Positions 46,962-55,946 of a DNA stretch of 64,000 nucleotides are shown one piece after another. The DNA lies in sequence record LC727699.1; one strand, 5' to 3'. Below the pieces are notes generated by a model. It was given only the letters and a program-made list of their open reading frames with translations, did not search any database and was not told the DNA's origin. Position numbers and translations under genes: made by a program. Positions within the stretch are counted from its first letter, which is position 1; each line of letters begins with the position of its first letter.

Positions 46962-47489
46962 GTGGATTTTATTATGAATAAACCAGAATTACTTTACCAT
47001 GGTTCTCTTTATAAACAAGATGAATTAATGCCAGGATTTAAAAGATCTGGTGAACTTGTTATGTGGGATGGTATTGAGTCTAACCAATACCTATATGCAA
47101 CGTCATCTGAAAAAGATGCATCTTATTTAGGTATTGGTAGCGCTATCGAAAAGTTATTTGATAGTGATAGATATGCTACTGTTGATAGGGATATTACAAT
47201 CTATTGTCAAAATAATATCGATAAAAGTGATATTTTAAAAATGGTTGTGTATGTTTATACCATTCCATTTAGGGACTCTGACAAATGGATTAAGAATAAT
47301 AATCCTCACAATAGCATTGATACTGAGTGGATTACGAAAAACACTATCCATGATGTTACTGTAAGGAAATTAGATATTGGTGAATTTTTAAAAGGTGCTC
47401 GCTTAACTGTCACTAAAGCACCAGTGGATGTTGATCCATTAAACATCATGTCACAATATCGTTCAGTAACAGAGCGTTATCTGTTTTAA
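46962..47489 (+). CDS. ADP-ribosyltransferase-fold candidate
   Basis: LYHGS...LMPG, YLYATS, VYVYTIP and TEW resemble the H-Y-E ART/Arr pattern. Confidence 0.5.
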   Translation: MDFIMNKPELLYHGSLYKQDELMPGFKRSGELVMWDGIESNQYLYATSSEKDASYLGIGSAIEKLFDSDRYATVDRDITIYCQNNIDKSDILKMVVYVYTIPFRDSDKWIKNNNPHNSIDTEWITKNTIHDVTVRKLDIGEFLKGARLTVTKAPVDVDPLNIMSQYRSVTERYLF

Positions 47490-47504
47490 TTAAATAGGTT
47501 AATT

Positions 47505-47969
47505 ATGTATCACATATCGACAGTATACCTTGGGGATTATGTTTTATTAAGGCCATATATTCCAAGTAATAGAGCTGATGGCGAAGACAGTGTAACCAAC
47601 CGTATATGTGTGGCCCCATCAGTTATTGAATGTATTGCAGCTAAAAGCGGGAGTTATGATATCGATCTTAATTTACTTGGTTCTAAATCAACTATTTACG
47701 CATACCGAAGTAATTCTACTGACTACATTATAGGAAATGTACCTGATCAAAAACAATATAGGGAACACTGGTATTTAAAACCAACTTTATTTGCGTATGT
47801 TGGCTCTCTGCAATTATTAGAGACTGGGGTGATTAAGGTAAGTAGTGAAGTCGATATGTATTCTAAATTAATGGTATCACATCGGTTAAACTACTTCAAT
47901 AATATTATTAGTAAAGAAGAACTAATACACCATTGGCATATAGAGGCTTTATCTATTTTAAATGGTTAG
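47505..47969 (+). CDS. ADP-ribosyltransferase-fold candidate
   Basis: MYHIS...LRPYIP...ED...RICVAPS...YAY...VPD...REHW pattern. Confidence 0.45.
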   Translation: MYHISTVYLGDYVLLRPYIPSNRADGEDSVTNRICVAPSVIECIAAKSGSYDIDLNLLGSKSTIYAYRSNSTDYIIGNVPDQKQYREHWYLKPTLFAYVGSLQLLETGVIKVSSEVDMYSKLMVSHRLNYFNNIISKEELIHHWHIEALSILNG

Positions 47970-47971
47970 AT

Positions 47972-47998
47972 CATAATTTATTTAAGATCTATATTACA
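47972..47998 (+). promoter_or_regulatory. Early promoter (class B)
   Basis: AATTTATTTAAGATC-TATATTAC (core 47990-47997). Confidence 0.75.
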
Positions 47999-48024
47999 AG
48001 TGTACTATCAATAAACTAATAGGA

Positions 48025-48387
48025 GTGATACAAGTGGATTTTATAATTGAAATTATCGATAATCCCAATAGTGATACTGCGTTGTATGTTTATGATTATT
48101 GGGGTACCCTAACTACGGTTGTGGGTAATGCAAAAACCCTGGCAGAAGCATATAGTTTTAAATATTCATCCATTGACAGCATTGAAAAATTAAAAGCTGT
48201 CATTGGTAAAAATATCGAATGCATTTTTAAAGAAATGCATGATCAATCGAATAAGGTAATTCGTGTTAATATCGTAAAAGTAGATCTAGAGAATAAGATT
48301 ATTAGTAAGCGCATCGAAATTGTAAAAAGCTATAGTGTTATCAATAGTGATGGTGAACTTATTCTAATCACAGATGTAGTACGGTAA
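48025..48387 (+). CDS. Hypothetical protein
   Basis: 120 aa, GTG start after AGGAG. Confidence 0.7.
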   Translation: MIQVDFIIEIIDNPNSDTALYVYDYWGTLTTVVGNAKTLAEAYSFKYSSIDSIEKLKAVIGKNIECIFKEMHDQSNKVIRVNIVKVDLENKIISKRIEIVKSYSVINSDGELILITDVVR

Positions 48388-48428
48388 TTGAATAAATAAT
48401 TCATTAATTTAACATAGGTGATATAACC

Positions 48429-49301
48429 ATGGCACGTCGTTCTAATAAAATTCGTATTGGTTTTAACGTATCGCTTAAAGCGCTTGAACGAAATGGATCT
48501 GATGTAATTAAACTACATGATGACATCATATCTTGTTTTAGTGAACTATATCAAAATTACGTAAAAATTGATACAACTACTGACAAAGATGACAAATCAC
48601 TAAAACAAGGCATTATTGATGTCGTGGTGTATGTCGATCTAAATACAGCGAACCAAGCCATTCGTTTTAAAGGTATTAGTGATCTGGTAAACCATCTACA
48701 GTTTAATGTAATGGCGAATGATGTTATCGTCGATACAAGTGAATATATTCAGCCTAGCCATATGTCATATATCGAAGATGGTCACCTGAATATGTTAGTG
48801 CGTCGAGAAGGTAAAGAGGTTATCAAAACCATTTTCACTGATGAATATGGTGTTGATCCACTAGTTAATAATGGATCAATAGGAGATGGATGTAGTGTTT
48901 CCGGGATCTATCTAATCGGTGAAGAAAATCGGGTTAATAAACTGGCACGTATTGTTTCTAACAACATTCGCAACGGAGAGTTTAATTTCAAGACCGAAAT
49001 AGGTATCCGTAAATTCTATTGGAGTGTACTCGGAAAACCAAGTGCGCAATTTAAGTATATCCACAGTGTGGTATTTAAGTACATCCACAATGAAATATGG
49101 AACCGTAATAGTTTCTATGTGGATACACTGATTAAGCTAACCAATGGCAAAGTTTATAGCTATGCTAAGAATGGTTTTGTTGGTGGACCTACTGAACTAG
49201 AATTCCATTATTATGGTGTAACTGATCGAGAAAATTGGGATAATGCGTCAGACAATTTCCTATATCAGGAATTCGAGCAAAGTTGGTCTGTAAAAATCTA
49301 A
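48429..49301 (+). CDS. Hypothetical protein, possible paralogue of the next gene
   Basis: 290 aa; GEENRVNKLARIV versus GERSKVNYVVKQV at similar positions. Confidence 0.85.
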   Translation: MARRSNKIRIGFNVSLKALERNGSDVIKLHDDIISCFSELYQNYVKIDTTTDKDDKSLKQGIIDVVVYVDLNTANQAIRFKGISDLVNHLQFNVMANDVIVDTSEYIQPSHMSYIEDGHLNMLVRREGKEVIKTIFTDEYGVDPLVNNGSIGDGCSVSGIYLIGEENRVNKLARIVSNNIRNGEFNFKTEIGIRKFYWSVLGKPSAQFKYIHSVVFKYIHNEIWNRNSFYVDTLIKLTNGKVYSYAKNGFVGGPTELEFHYYGVTDRENWDNASDNFLYQEFEQSWSVKI

Positions 49302-49306
49302 TACAT

Positions 49307-49335
49307 AAAGGGCTCTTCGGAGCCCTTTATTTTTT
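49307..49335 (+). terminator. Intrinsic terminator
   Basis: AAAGGGCTC-TTCG-GAGCCCTTT followed by ATTTTTT. Confidence 0.85.
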
Positions 49336-49357
49336 CTTTATTTGGCAGGAATATAAA

Positions 49358-50143
49358 ATGCATCGTCGAACTATGTACAGATTTAGCTTATCATATTCCA
49401 ATAAACTTATTAATAATAACCCACTTGGTTTTACAGTCGAGAGTTATCTTGAAAGCTGGTTTGACAAACTCAAGTGTCGATTAACTAAAGGTTATACCAA
49501 AAGCCATGCTATTCATTTTCGTGGAAGTTGGAAATACTTTGAATTAGATCAATATAAGAACAATGCTTTCTTCAATCAATATCACATGGTGATGCAGTCA
49601 CTAGAAGATCTAGAAAGAAAGATTAGTGGAGTGATTGGGTTAAGTATCAAAATCACTAAACCAGAACGACATTTATTTCATGTTCTATTTAACCATGAAA
49701 AGATTATTCTATCCCCTAATGGCATTATCTTTGATGTACGTGTTCCAAAACACACCGTGATAGCTAATCCTGATGTTATGGGATATCGTAATTGCAATGT
49801 AGATAAACTGACGGTATTTGGCGAGCGCTCTAAAGTTAACTATGTGGTTAAACAAGTACGTTATGCCTTAAAGCAGAAAGGGGTGACAACTGTTGCCAAT
49901 AGTTCAATGACTCGTTTTTTATATGACCTATTTCATCCAAAATACAGAGACAATCAAATTTATAACTACGGCATGACTATGTCTGATGTTTATGTAATGG
50001 CCGTATTCAAAAATGGGTATACGGAAATCTATGGTAAAGATGTAGGTGAAATATTTGAAAGTCATACTCTAGATTTTCTAGAACGTGAATACATGATCTG
50101 TGGACAATATTTTCCTAAGCTATCCAGAGGGATGCTAGTATGA
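49358..50143 (+). CDS. Hypothetical protein (start re-called from 49283)
   Basis: AGGA RBS before MHRRT; the track start lies upstream of the terminator. Confidence 0.8.
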   Translation: MHRRTMYRFSLSYSNKLINNNPLGFTVESYLESWFDKLKCRLTKGYTKSHAIHFRGSWKYFELDQYKNNAFFNQYHMVMQSLEDLERKISGVIGLSIKITKPERHLFHVLFNHEKIILSPNGIIFDVRVPKHTVIANPDVMGYRNCNVDKLTVFGERSKVNYVVKQVRYALKQKGVTTVANSSMTRFLYDLFHPKYRDNQIYNYGMTMSDVYVMAVFKNGYTEIYGKDVGEIFESHTLDFLEREYMICGQYFPKLSRGMLV

Positions 50144-51666
50144 TTATAGAAACCTTATTGCAATATTACGCCATGTTCATCGATATCTCTCAGAAGAATA
50201 TGGTTATGGGTGGAGCTATCGGAATGGCAATTGGTGGTTTATTCTGGACCACTCTAAGAGGCTTACCAAGTAAACTAGCTAGGTTCGCATTAAATCAGTT
50301 TACAGTTAGTCTACATATTACCAACATGGGTAATGGGCTGAACGAGAAGAACTTTGATTGTTTCATGGAATGGTATATTAAGCAGCCATTAGCTGGATTT
50401 AATCGACGTTTTTCAACTAATGTTGATGAGCAAAGTTATAGTGCAACTAAACAGAAAATTGGTGTTGGTTTTGGCTTACATTTCTTTCTGTTTAAAGGTA
50501 GGTTATTCTGGTTTGTAAAAGCACGCCGGGATAGTCAAAATGCCAGTCGAGATCAAATGGATATTACTATCCGTGGATTATCTAGGAGTAGTAAACTAAT
50601 TATTGATTTAGTAGATGCTTACCATTGGCGCCCAAATGAAAGGGGTCTGACTATTTCACATTGGGATGGTAACCGTTGGGGCAATGAGATTGAAGTTACT
50701 AAACGCGATATCAACACGGTGATTTTGCGTAAAGAGATCAAAGAAGAATTCCTTAATAAGATTGAAGAATTCTATTCTGATCGGAAATGGTACGATGATC
50801 GTGGACTACCCTATAAATTCACTTGTGTTCTAACAGGTCCTCCTGGTACTGGTAAAACCTCAATCAGTAAAGCGATTGCCTCACATTTTAATAAAAATGT
50901 TAGTGCACTGTCATTAGCCTCTATGACCAATGATAGTCTTAGGCGGGCATTTACTACACTACCTAAAGGTAATATTCTTCTAATTGAAGATTTCGATGAT
51001 ACCCCGGCAGTTAAAGATCGTGTTTTAAATGATCCTGTAAAACTAGATAAAGAGATAAAGGAATTAGAGAGGAAATATTCTTTTATTGATTTAATTGAAA
51101 AATATCCGTCTGCATGGGTTGATCTTAAAGATGACTATGAAGGATACTCTGTAGTTGGGTTTAATGACACCATCTATATCTTTGATGAAAATAGCGATGA
51201 TCAAGGTTTTGGGATAAGTGCTTATGCTATGGCTGAACTGGGTGTTTCAAAATGGGCCGATGAAAAAGATCCATTATTTACCACAATTCGCCGATGGTGG
51301 AAATTAAAGAAGTGCATGAAGAATGGAATCACGTATGAACAACCAGCTAGCGGATTAACTTTGTCAGCTCTATTAAATGGGCTAGATGGCATTGTTCCAC
51401 TAGATGAGACTATGACCATTCTAACTACAAACCATCCTGAGAATATTGATAAAGCACTTCTAAGGAAAGGTCGCGTTGATTACATGGTGGAGATTCCATA
51501 TCTACGAGATCAAGAAGTTAGGGAGTATATTAAACTAATGTTCCCTGACTTCGATATTCCTGAAGATATCAGATTTAAAGATCAGCCAGGGTGTGATGTA
51601 ATGGCGGCTTTTTCAAATAACCGTTATGACCCTAATGCTTTTATCAATAGTCTATTGAAATATTAA
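50140..51666 (+). CDS. BCS1-like membrane-anchored AAA+ ATPase
   Basis: N-terminal hydrophobic helix, GPPGTGKTS, LLIEDFD, TLSALLNGLDG and TTNHPENIDKALLRKGRVD. Confidence 0.85.
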   Translation: MIIETLLQYYAMFIDISQKNMVMGGAIGMAIGGLFWTTLRGLPSKLARFALNQFTVSLHITNMGNGLNEKNFDCFMEWYIKQPLAGFNRRFSTNVDEQSYSATKQKIGVGFGLHFFLFKGRLFWFVKARRDSQNASRDQMDITIRGLSRSSKLIIDLVDAYHWRPNERGLTISHWDGNRWGNEIEVTKRDINTVILRKEIKEEFLNKIEEFYSDRKWYDDRGLPYKFTCVLTGPPGTGKTSISKAIASHFNKNVSALSLASMTNDSLRRAFTTLPKGNILLIEDFDDTPAVKDRVLNDPVKLDKEIKELERKYSFIDLIEKYPSAWVDLKDDYEGYSVVGFNDTIYIFDENSDDQGFGISAYAMAELGVSKWADEKDPLFTTIRRWWKLKKCMKNGITYEQPASGLTLSALLNGLDGIVPLDETMTILTTNHPENIDKALLRKGRVDYMVEIPYLRDQEVREYIKLMFPDFDIPEDIRFKDQPGCDVMAAFSNNRYDPNAFINSLLKY

Positions 51667-51689
51667 TATACTAAAAAGGAATCTGTAAA

Positions 51690-51878
51690 ATGAGTCTACT
51701 CAACATTCTAAATACCGTTGCGGCTGCTAATGGTAGGGAAGTAGATGATTTTAATATCACCTATTTAAACGATACGGATGTGTCATCTAGTTATACCTCA
51801 TTTCGATATCGGTATGTTGATGAGGATCGTATTGCACATATTTTCATTGTTTCTGAAAAAATCGAACAGGTTCGCTAA
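51690..51878 (+). CDS. Small hypothetical protein
   Basis: 62 aa, AAGGA RBS. Confidence 0.6.
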   Translation: MSLLNILNTVAAANGREVDDFNITYLNDTDVSSSYTSFRYRYVDEDRIAHIFIVSEKIEQVR

Positions 51879-52026
51879 TTTGTATTGTTGGCAAAACTAA
51901 CTGGTTACAATGTAACTGTAAATACATGTATTTAATTTTGAAAACATACTGGAGTTATTGATGTATTGAGTTGAAACTCAATAATAACTCCTACTTTAAT
52001 TTAAAAAATACAAAAGGAATATTTCC

Positions 52027-52680
52027 ATGGCGTCAATCATTAGTCTACCTTTTATCAAACTAGTAATCAGCCGTAATAATAATTACACTGTTAACCATCA
52101 GTCAGGTGCTGATAATGTACCTCATCTATGTGTTAAAGTAAAACATTCTAACGGTTATGCCTGGTTCGGTATTATCATTGTTGATTATGAAAAACGTACC
52201 AGTGGTTGGACTGAAGAAGAATTCAATGCAGTTGTAACTCGTTTCCATGAAGCAATGAATTCTCAATGTGATATCCAACGATTAGAAACAGACATTAACC
52301 GACTAATGGATTCCATCCAAGATGTTGTTACTGGTCGGAAACGACCAACCCTATTCGGCGGTGATAGTAATGACTTCATTCAAATGCATCTTCAAAATAA
52401 TATCCAACTTGATATTTATCGGAATGAAATTAACGAAGATACTCTAACCTATGGTGGGTATCGTGGTAAAGTAAGTCTTCGCCATGGTTATGATGAATAC
52501 AGCTTCTTCCTGTATCATCGTGGTATTATTCTAAACCATTACATCGATGCAGAGATTGCTAAAGAGCTAATTGAAGATGCTCTTAATAAGACTTTCCCGG
52601 AGATTACTTATCTACCGCGAGCCACTGTCGAACCTACAGCAGTGGAACGCACTCGTAATAGACATCTGGATAAAAGTTAA
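52027..52680 (+). CDS. Hypothetical protein
   Basis: 217 aa, AAGGA RBS. Confidence 0.85.
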   Translation: MASIISLPFIKLVISRNNNYTVNHQSGADNVPHLCVKVKHSNGYAWFGIIIVDYEKRTSGWTEEEFNAVVTRFHEAMNSQCDIQRLETDINRLMDSIQDVVTGRKRPTLFGGDSNDFIQMHLQNNIQLDIYRNEINEDTLTYGGYRGKVSLRHGYDEYSFFLYHRGIILNHYIDAEIAKELIEDALNKTFPEITYLPRATVEPTAVERTRNRHLDKS

Positions 52681-52681
52681 A

Positions 52682-53095
52682 ATGACTAGTCAACTTATCG
52701 TAGTTGATTTACAAAACCCTAGAAATAAACATATATACAGTGAATTAACTCATGAACACCCTAGAACAATAACATCACATCTAGTTGAAGAATTAGATGA
52801 TTTTGATGTTCATCAATATTCATACCAAGCGGAGTATAAATCTGGGATTGATCTTAGATTAATATTCTTTTGGGATGGACCATACACTGAACCAAGAGAA
52901 GAAGGTTACGAACCAACTGATCTAGAGAAAAGGTGTGTGAAGTTGTGTAGGCAATATGAGGCTGCGATTAACGGGCAATTATCTGTAGTTGATCACTCTC
53001 GGTTCCGGACGGTGTGTACCTTCAGATCAGATAATAGTTTACCAACAACTTTAGACTGGATTCATAAAGAACCCCCATCTAAAGAGGTTGTGTAA
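52682..53095 (+). CDS. Hypothetical protein (start re-called from 52571)
   Basis: MTSQLIV begins immediately after the previous stop. Confidence 0.75.
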   Translation: MTSQLIVVDLQNPRNKHIYSELTHEHPRTITSHLVEELDDFDVHQYSYQAEYKSGIDLRLIFFWDGPYTEPREEGYEPTDLEKRCVKLCRQYEAAINGQLSVVDHSRFRTVCTFRSDNSLPTTLDWIHKEPPSKEVV

Positions 53096-53188
53096 AAAAT
53101 AGTAAAAGAAATACACTATTCTATGTAGTTCCTTTACGATTGCTCTTTTATCTTAGTTTCAGTTTTGCTGAAGAAGTACCAATGAGAT

Positions 53189-53215
53189 ACCCTCCCCTGA
53201 TCGGGGAGGGTTTTT
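53189..53215 (+). terminator. Intrinsic terminator
   Basis: ACCCTCCCC-TGATC-GGGGAGGGT followed by TTTT. Confidence 0.85.
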
Positions 53216-53236
53216 GACATCTAAGAGGAAAATATA

Positions 53237-53617
53237 ATGTGCAAACAACATCGTGTAGTATCTATGAAAGTTACATGCACGCAAGCTCGCTATCCGATCG
53301 GTCTGTGCGATCTCGGATTTGATAATGCTGCTGATGCTCGGCAATATCTACTAGATGTCGTCGAGTACAATATGGATCGTCTCCACCCACAACATGCTAA
53401 TACATTCCAGCTACAAAATCTACAAGACGGGTTCGTAGTATCCTACGATATCGAAAAAGATGGATCCGTTTATCTTCGGTTAACACTGGCGGCTGTAGCT
53501 TATCAATCAATCGATCTTGAGTTGGGGGTTACCGTTAAAGAAAATGAAGGGATCAGTGTTGTAATCAAAAATTGGATCAATGGTGATTATACTGCGGGGA
53601 ACAAATACTTACAGTAA
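53237..53617 (+). CDS. Hypothetical protein
   Basis: 126 aa, GAGGA RBS. Confidence 0.8.
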   Translation: MCKQHRVVSMKVTCTQARYPIGLCDLGFDNAADARQYLLDVVEYNMDRLHPQHANTFQLQNLQDGFVVSYDIEKDGSVYLRLTLAAVAYQSIDLELGVTVKENEGISVVIKNWINGDYTAGNKYLQ

Positions 53618-53622
53618 TACCA

Positions 53623-53747
53623 TATGTAAAGAATACCCAAATCGGGATCTCCCGGACTATCTCCCTTCAGCGTTCCCGTCCGCAAATGAAGGTGCCGCCG
53701 AGATCCCACCTATTGATAATGCCCTCCCTTCGGGGAGGGCATTATTT
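53623..53747 (+). ncRNA. Candidate pseudoknotted RNA or attenuator leader
   Basis: TATG start, 8-bp P1 enclosing an H-type pseudoknot, then a UUCG terminator. Confidence 0.5.
53717..53747 (+). terminator. Intrinsic terminator
   Basis: TAATGCCCTCCC-TTCG-GGGAGGGCATTA followed by TTT. Confidence 0.85.
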
Positions 53748-53783
53748 CGCTTAAGCCTATTTATTTTATTATAAGGAGTGAAA

Positions 53784-54515
53784 ATGACATATATCGTAAA
53801 TGATGGTAAAGTCATGATTGCAGACTGCCTATTAATTGAGCGGAATAATGCAACTGATAGCATTGGGCGACTTCCAGTATTAGATAACGGTTATATTGAT
53901 CTAACTGCTAAAGCTGAAGGTGTAGATGTATATTACAATGATTGCCACAAGATAATTTTTCATCCGACAGTTACTTGGCAAGGTAAACGTGTTAAAACTA
54001 TGGCTTTTGCTGGAACTATAGATAATGTTTATGATCTATTGAATGCCCTTACCGCAGGTGTTGATTTAGCTGATTGGTTTAAAGTTGAAGTAAATATCTT
54101 GCCAGTCATAGAACGCAGGTTGTTTAATGGTAATACTTCTATGATGTTCACTATGGAGAATGGTGACATATATACAGTTATTCTTAAAGACATGGGTATC
54201 AACATCACCAAGAAAGATTGGGCTCATTTGGGTAGTGGTGTAGATGCAGTTAATAGTGTACTTGAGTTTATCCCTAATTGTAATGATAATGGATCAACCA
54301 AACTAACTGCACTTGAAGCATTTGCTATTGCATGTGCACATACTACTACTGTAAGTCGTAAATTTGATTATTACATCCATGCTACAGGTGAGTACAAGCA
54401 AAATCAAGAACTATCAACTAAACAACTAAAATGGATACTAGCGCGCATTCAAAAGCGGATGGATCTTACCCGCATTTTCAATGACCGCGAATATGCCAAT
54501 AACATATGGGGTTGA
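53784..54515 (+). CDS. HslV/proteasome-beta-like Ntn-hydrolase
   Basis: ATG 53784 (AAGGAG RBS) gives an N-terminal Thr: M-TYIVNDGKVMIAD, HKI, MAFAG, HLGSG and LTALEA match HslV T1/D17/K33/GFAG/IGSG landmarks. Confidence 0.7.
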   Translation: MTYIVNDGKVMIADCLLIERNNATDSIGRLPVLDNGYIDLTAKAEGVDVYYNDCHKIIFHPTVTWQGKRVKTMAFAGTIDNVYDLLNALTAGVDLADWFKVEVNILPVIERRLFNGNTSMMFTMENGDIYTVILKDMGINITKKDWAHLGSGVDAVNSVLEFIPNCNDNGSTKLTALEAFAIACAHTTTVSRKFDYYIHATGEYKQNQELSTKQLKWILARIQKRMDLTRIFNDREYANNIWG

Positions 54516-55036
54516 TTTGTATGAGTGATTCTAATATGGATATGCTATATTACACTAATGTAAATTGGGAACAATATTTTCATCACGTGAAACAACGGGC
54601 AGATGATACTGTTAAAGTAATGTATAAACCTGAATATGAAGATCTTATTGATGAAGCATGTAGACCATTGATTAAATGGTTTAACCAATTCACCAATATT
54701 GCAACTATTTATTGCTGTTCAGGTCATGTTGATGAAGAAACTGGTGGTAGCCCTGGATACATTAGTATTTTATTTCAAGATACCAATGCAGAGAATTCTG
54801 TAATGCGTTTATTGCGTGAAGCAATGTGTAAGGGGCGTGAGTGTAAGATCCCATTCGAAATTGAACTGGGGGTTTATTTCGGGCATCTACATGAGACCAT
54901 TGATAAAAATCACTGGGTCGCCAATCTAATTATCCGCACCAATAGCTACAAACGTAAAAATACGTATGATCGCTATTGGCATCGTCTTTACAACATCATA
55001 ACAACATGTAATACTGAGGGTTTATACACCATCTAA
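54506..55036 (+). CDS. Hypothetical protein with TYW3-like N-terminal motif
   Basis: IDEACRPLIKWFN....ATIYCCSGH resembles TYW3/Taw3 D..I..L...IN.....T.SSCSG. Confidence 0.6.
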   Translation: MGLICMSDSNMDMLYYTNVNWEQYFHHVKQRADDTVKVMYKPEYEDLIDEACRPLIKWFNQFTNIATIYCCSGHVDEETGGSPGYISILFQDTNAENSVMRLLREAMCKGRECKIPFEIELGVYFGHLHETIDKNHWVANLIIRTNSYKRKNTYDRYWHRLYNIITTCNTEGLYTI

Positions 55037-55054
55037 AGAATCTGAGATAATTTA

Positions 55055-55204
55055 ATGAATGATATTAAAAATACATTATTAGTTAGATTAAAGAGGAAAC
55101 AAAAAGCTAAGCGTATAGATAAATTGCAAAGACTAGGTTTATGGTTTATTCTATTGCTATGTGTATCTAATCTATTTGTCCAATTAATAAAAGGTATATT
55201 CTAA
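55055..55204 (+). CDS. Small membrane protein (49 aa)
   Basis: Basic N-terminus plus C-terminal hydrophobic LGLWFILLLCVSNLFVQLI; abuts the next ATG. Confidence 0.6.
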   Translation: MNDIKNTLLVRLKRKQKAKRIDKLQRLGLWFILLLCVSNLFVQLIKGIF

Positions 55205-55885
55205 ATGGCAGAAAAGCTAAGTTTTGTTGATATATTTAAGATGGCTAAAGAGGAAAATGTTAAGCTTGAATTGCATTGTCTAATTGGTACTCGACCAGTT
55301 AGGGGTCTTATTAAAAGTTTAAACTTTAATCAAATCAGACCTGATATATACGAATCTGTTAATCTATATGTAGATGTATTTTCTAAAGTAGTAGAGACTA
55401 GAGTAGATCTATCGAGTACTACTGCTGATTATGGTTGCTGGAGAATGACACCAGAAACTAAGAATTATGTAGATAGTAAATATAACTTACCAGTAAAAAT
55501 GGATATCACTAATCCAGATATCGTTAGGAGTAATATTAATTATTATCTCAGTTTACCTACTCAGGAACGCATTGAATTATTTAATAAAATAAATAATCCT
55601 AATGTCATTGAGGCGATAAACAAAGAATGGTCTAAGATGGTTGTAGAATATTATCAATCTGAGATCGATTTGTTTATTGGATTAATTGATTTCGATCATG
55701 TCCTTATCAATAAGTTCATGGCATTTAACTGGATGGACGATTTATTTGAGTATGCTTTAAATATCCCATTAAAACAAACCAATACAGTAAATGAAGGCAC
55801 CTGTTGCTTACTGGTTCACAAAGATAAAAAGGCAACATATACCCATCTCACTGATATTAAAAATCTTATCAAAGTGAGTGTATAA
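55205..55885 (+). CDS. Hypothetical protein
   Basis: 226 aa, last gene of the + block. Confidence 0.85.
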   Translation: MAEKLSFVDIFKMAKEENVKLELHCLIGTRPVRGLIKSLNFNQIRPDIYESVNLYVDVFSKVVETRVDLSSTTADYGCWRMTPETKNYVDSKYNLPVKMDITNPDIVRSNINYYLSLPTQERIELFNKINNPNVIEAINKEWSKMVVEYYQSEIDLFIGLIDFDHVLINKFMAFNWMDDLFEYALNIPLKQTNTVNEGTCCLLVHKDKKATYTHLTDIKNLIKVSV

Positions 55886-55897
55886 TTACGGCATAAA

Positions 55898-55919
55898 CCC
55901 CTCTCCGCATGGAGAGGGG
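55898..55919. terminator. Terminator at the convergence of the + and - blocks
   Basis: CCCCTCTCC-GCAT-GGAGAGGGG between convergent stops. Confidence 0.8.
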
Positions 55920-55946
55920 CTATGTCTTTATTTTCTTTATTTAAAC

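Noticed and set aside
11446-53745. Recurrent CCCTCCC-TTCG-GGGAGGG as a CRISPR array
   Set aside because: Irregular kb-scale spacing at gene ends; these are intrinsic terminators, and no cas genes are present
53580-53863. ORFs 53580..53774 (+) and 53657..53863 (-)
   Set aside because: They run through the structured RNA and terminator, lack an RBS and have atypical composition
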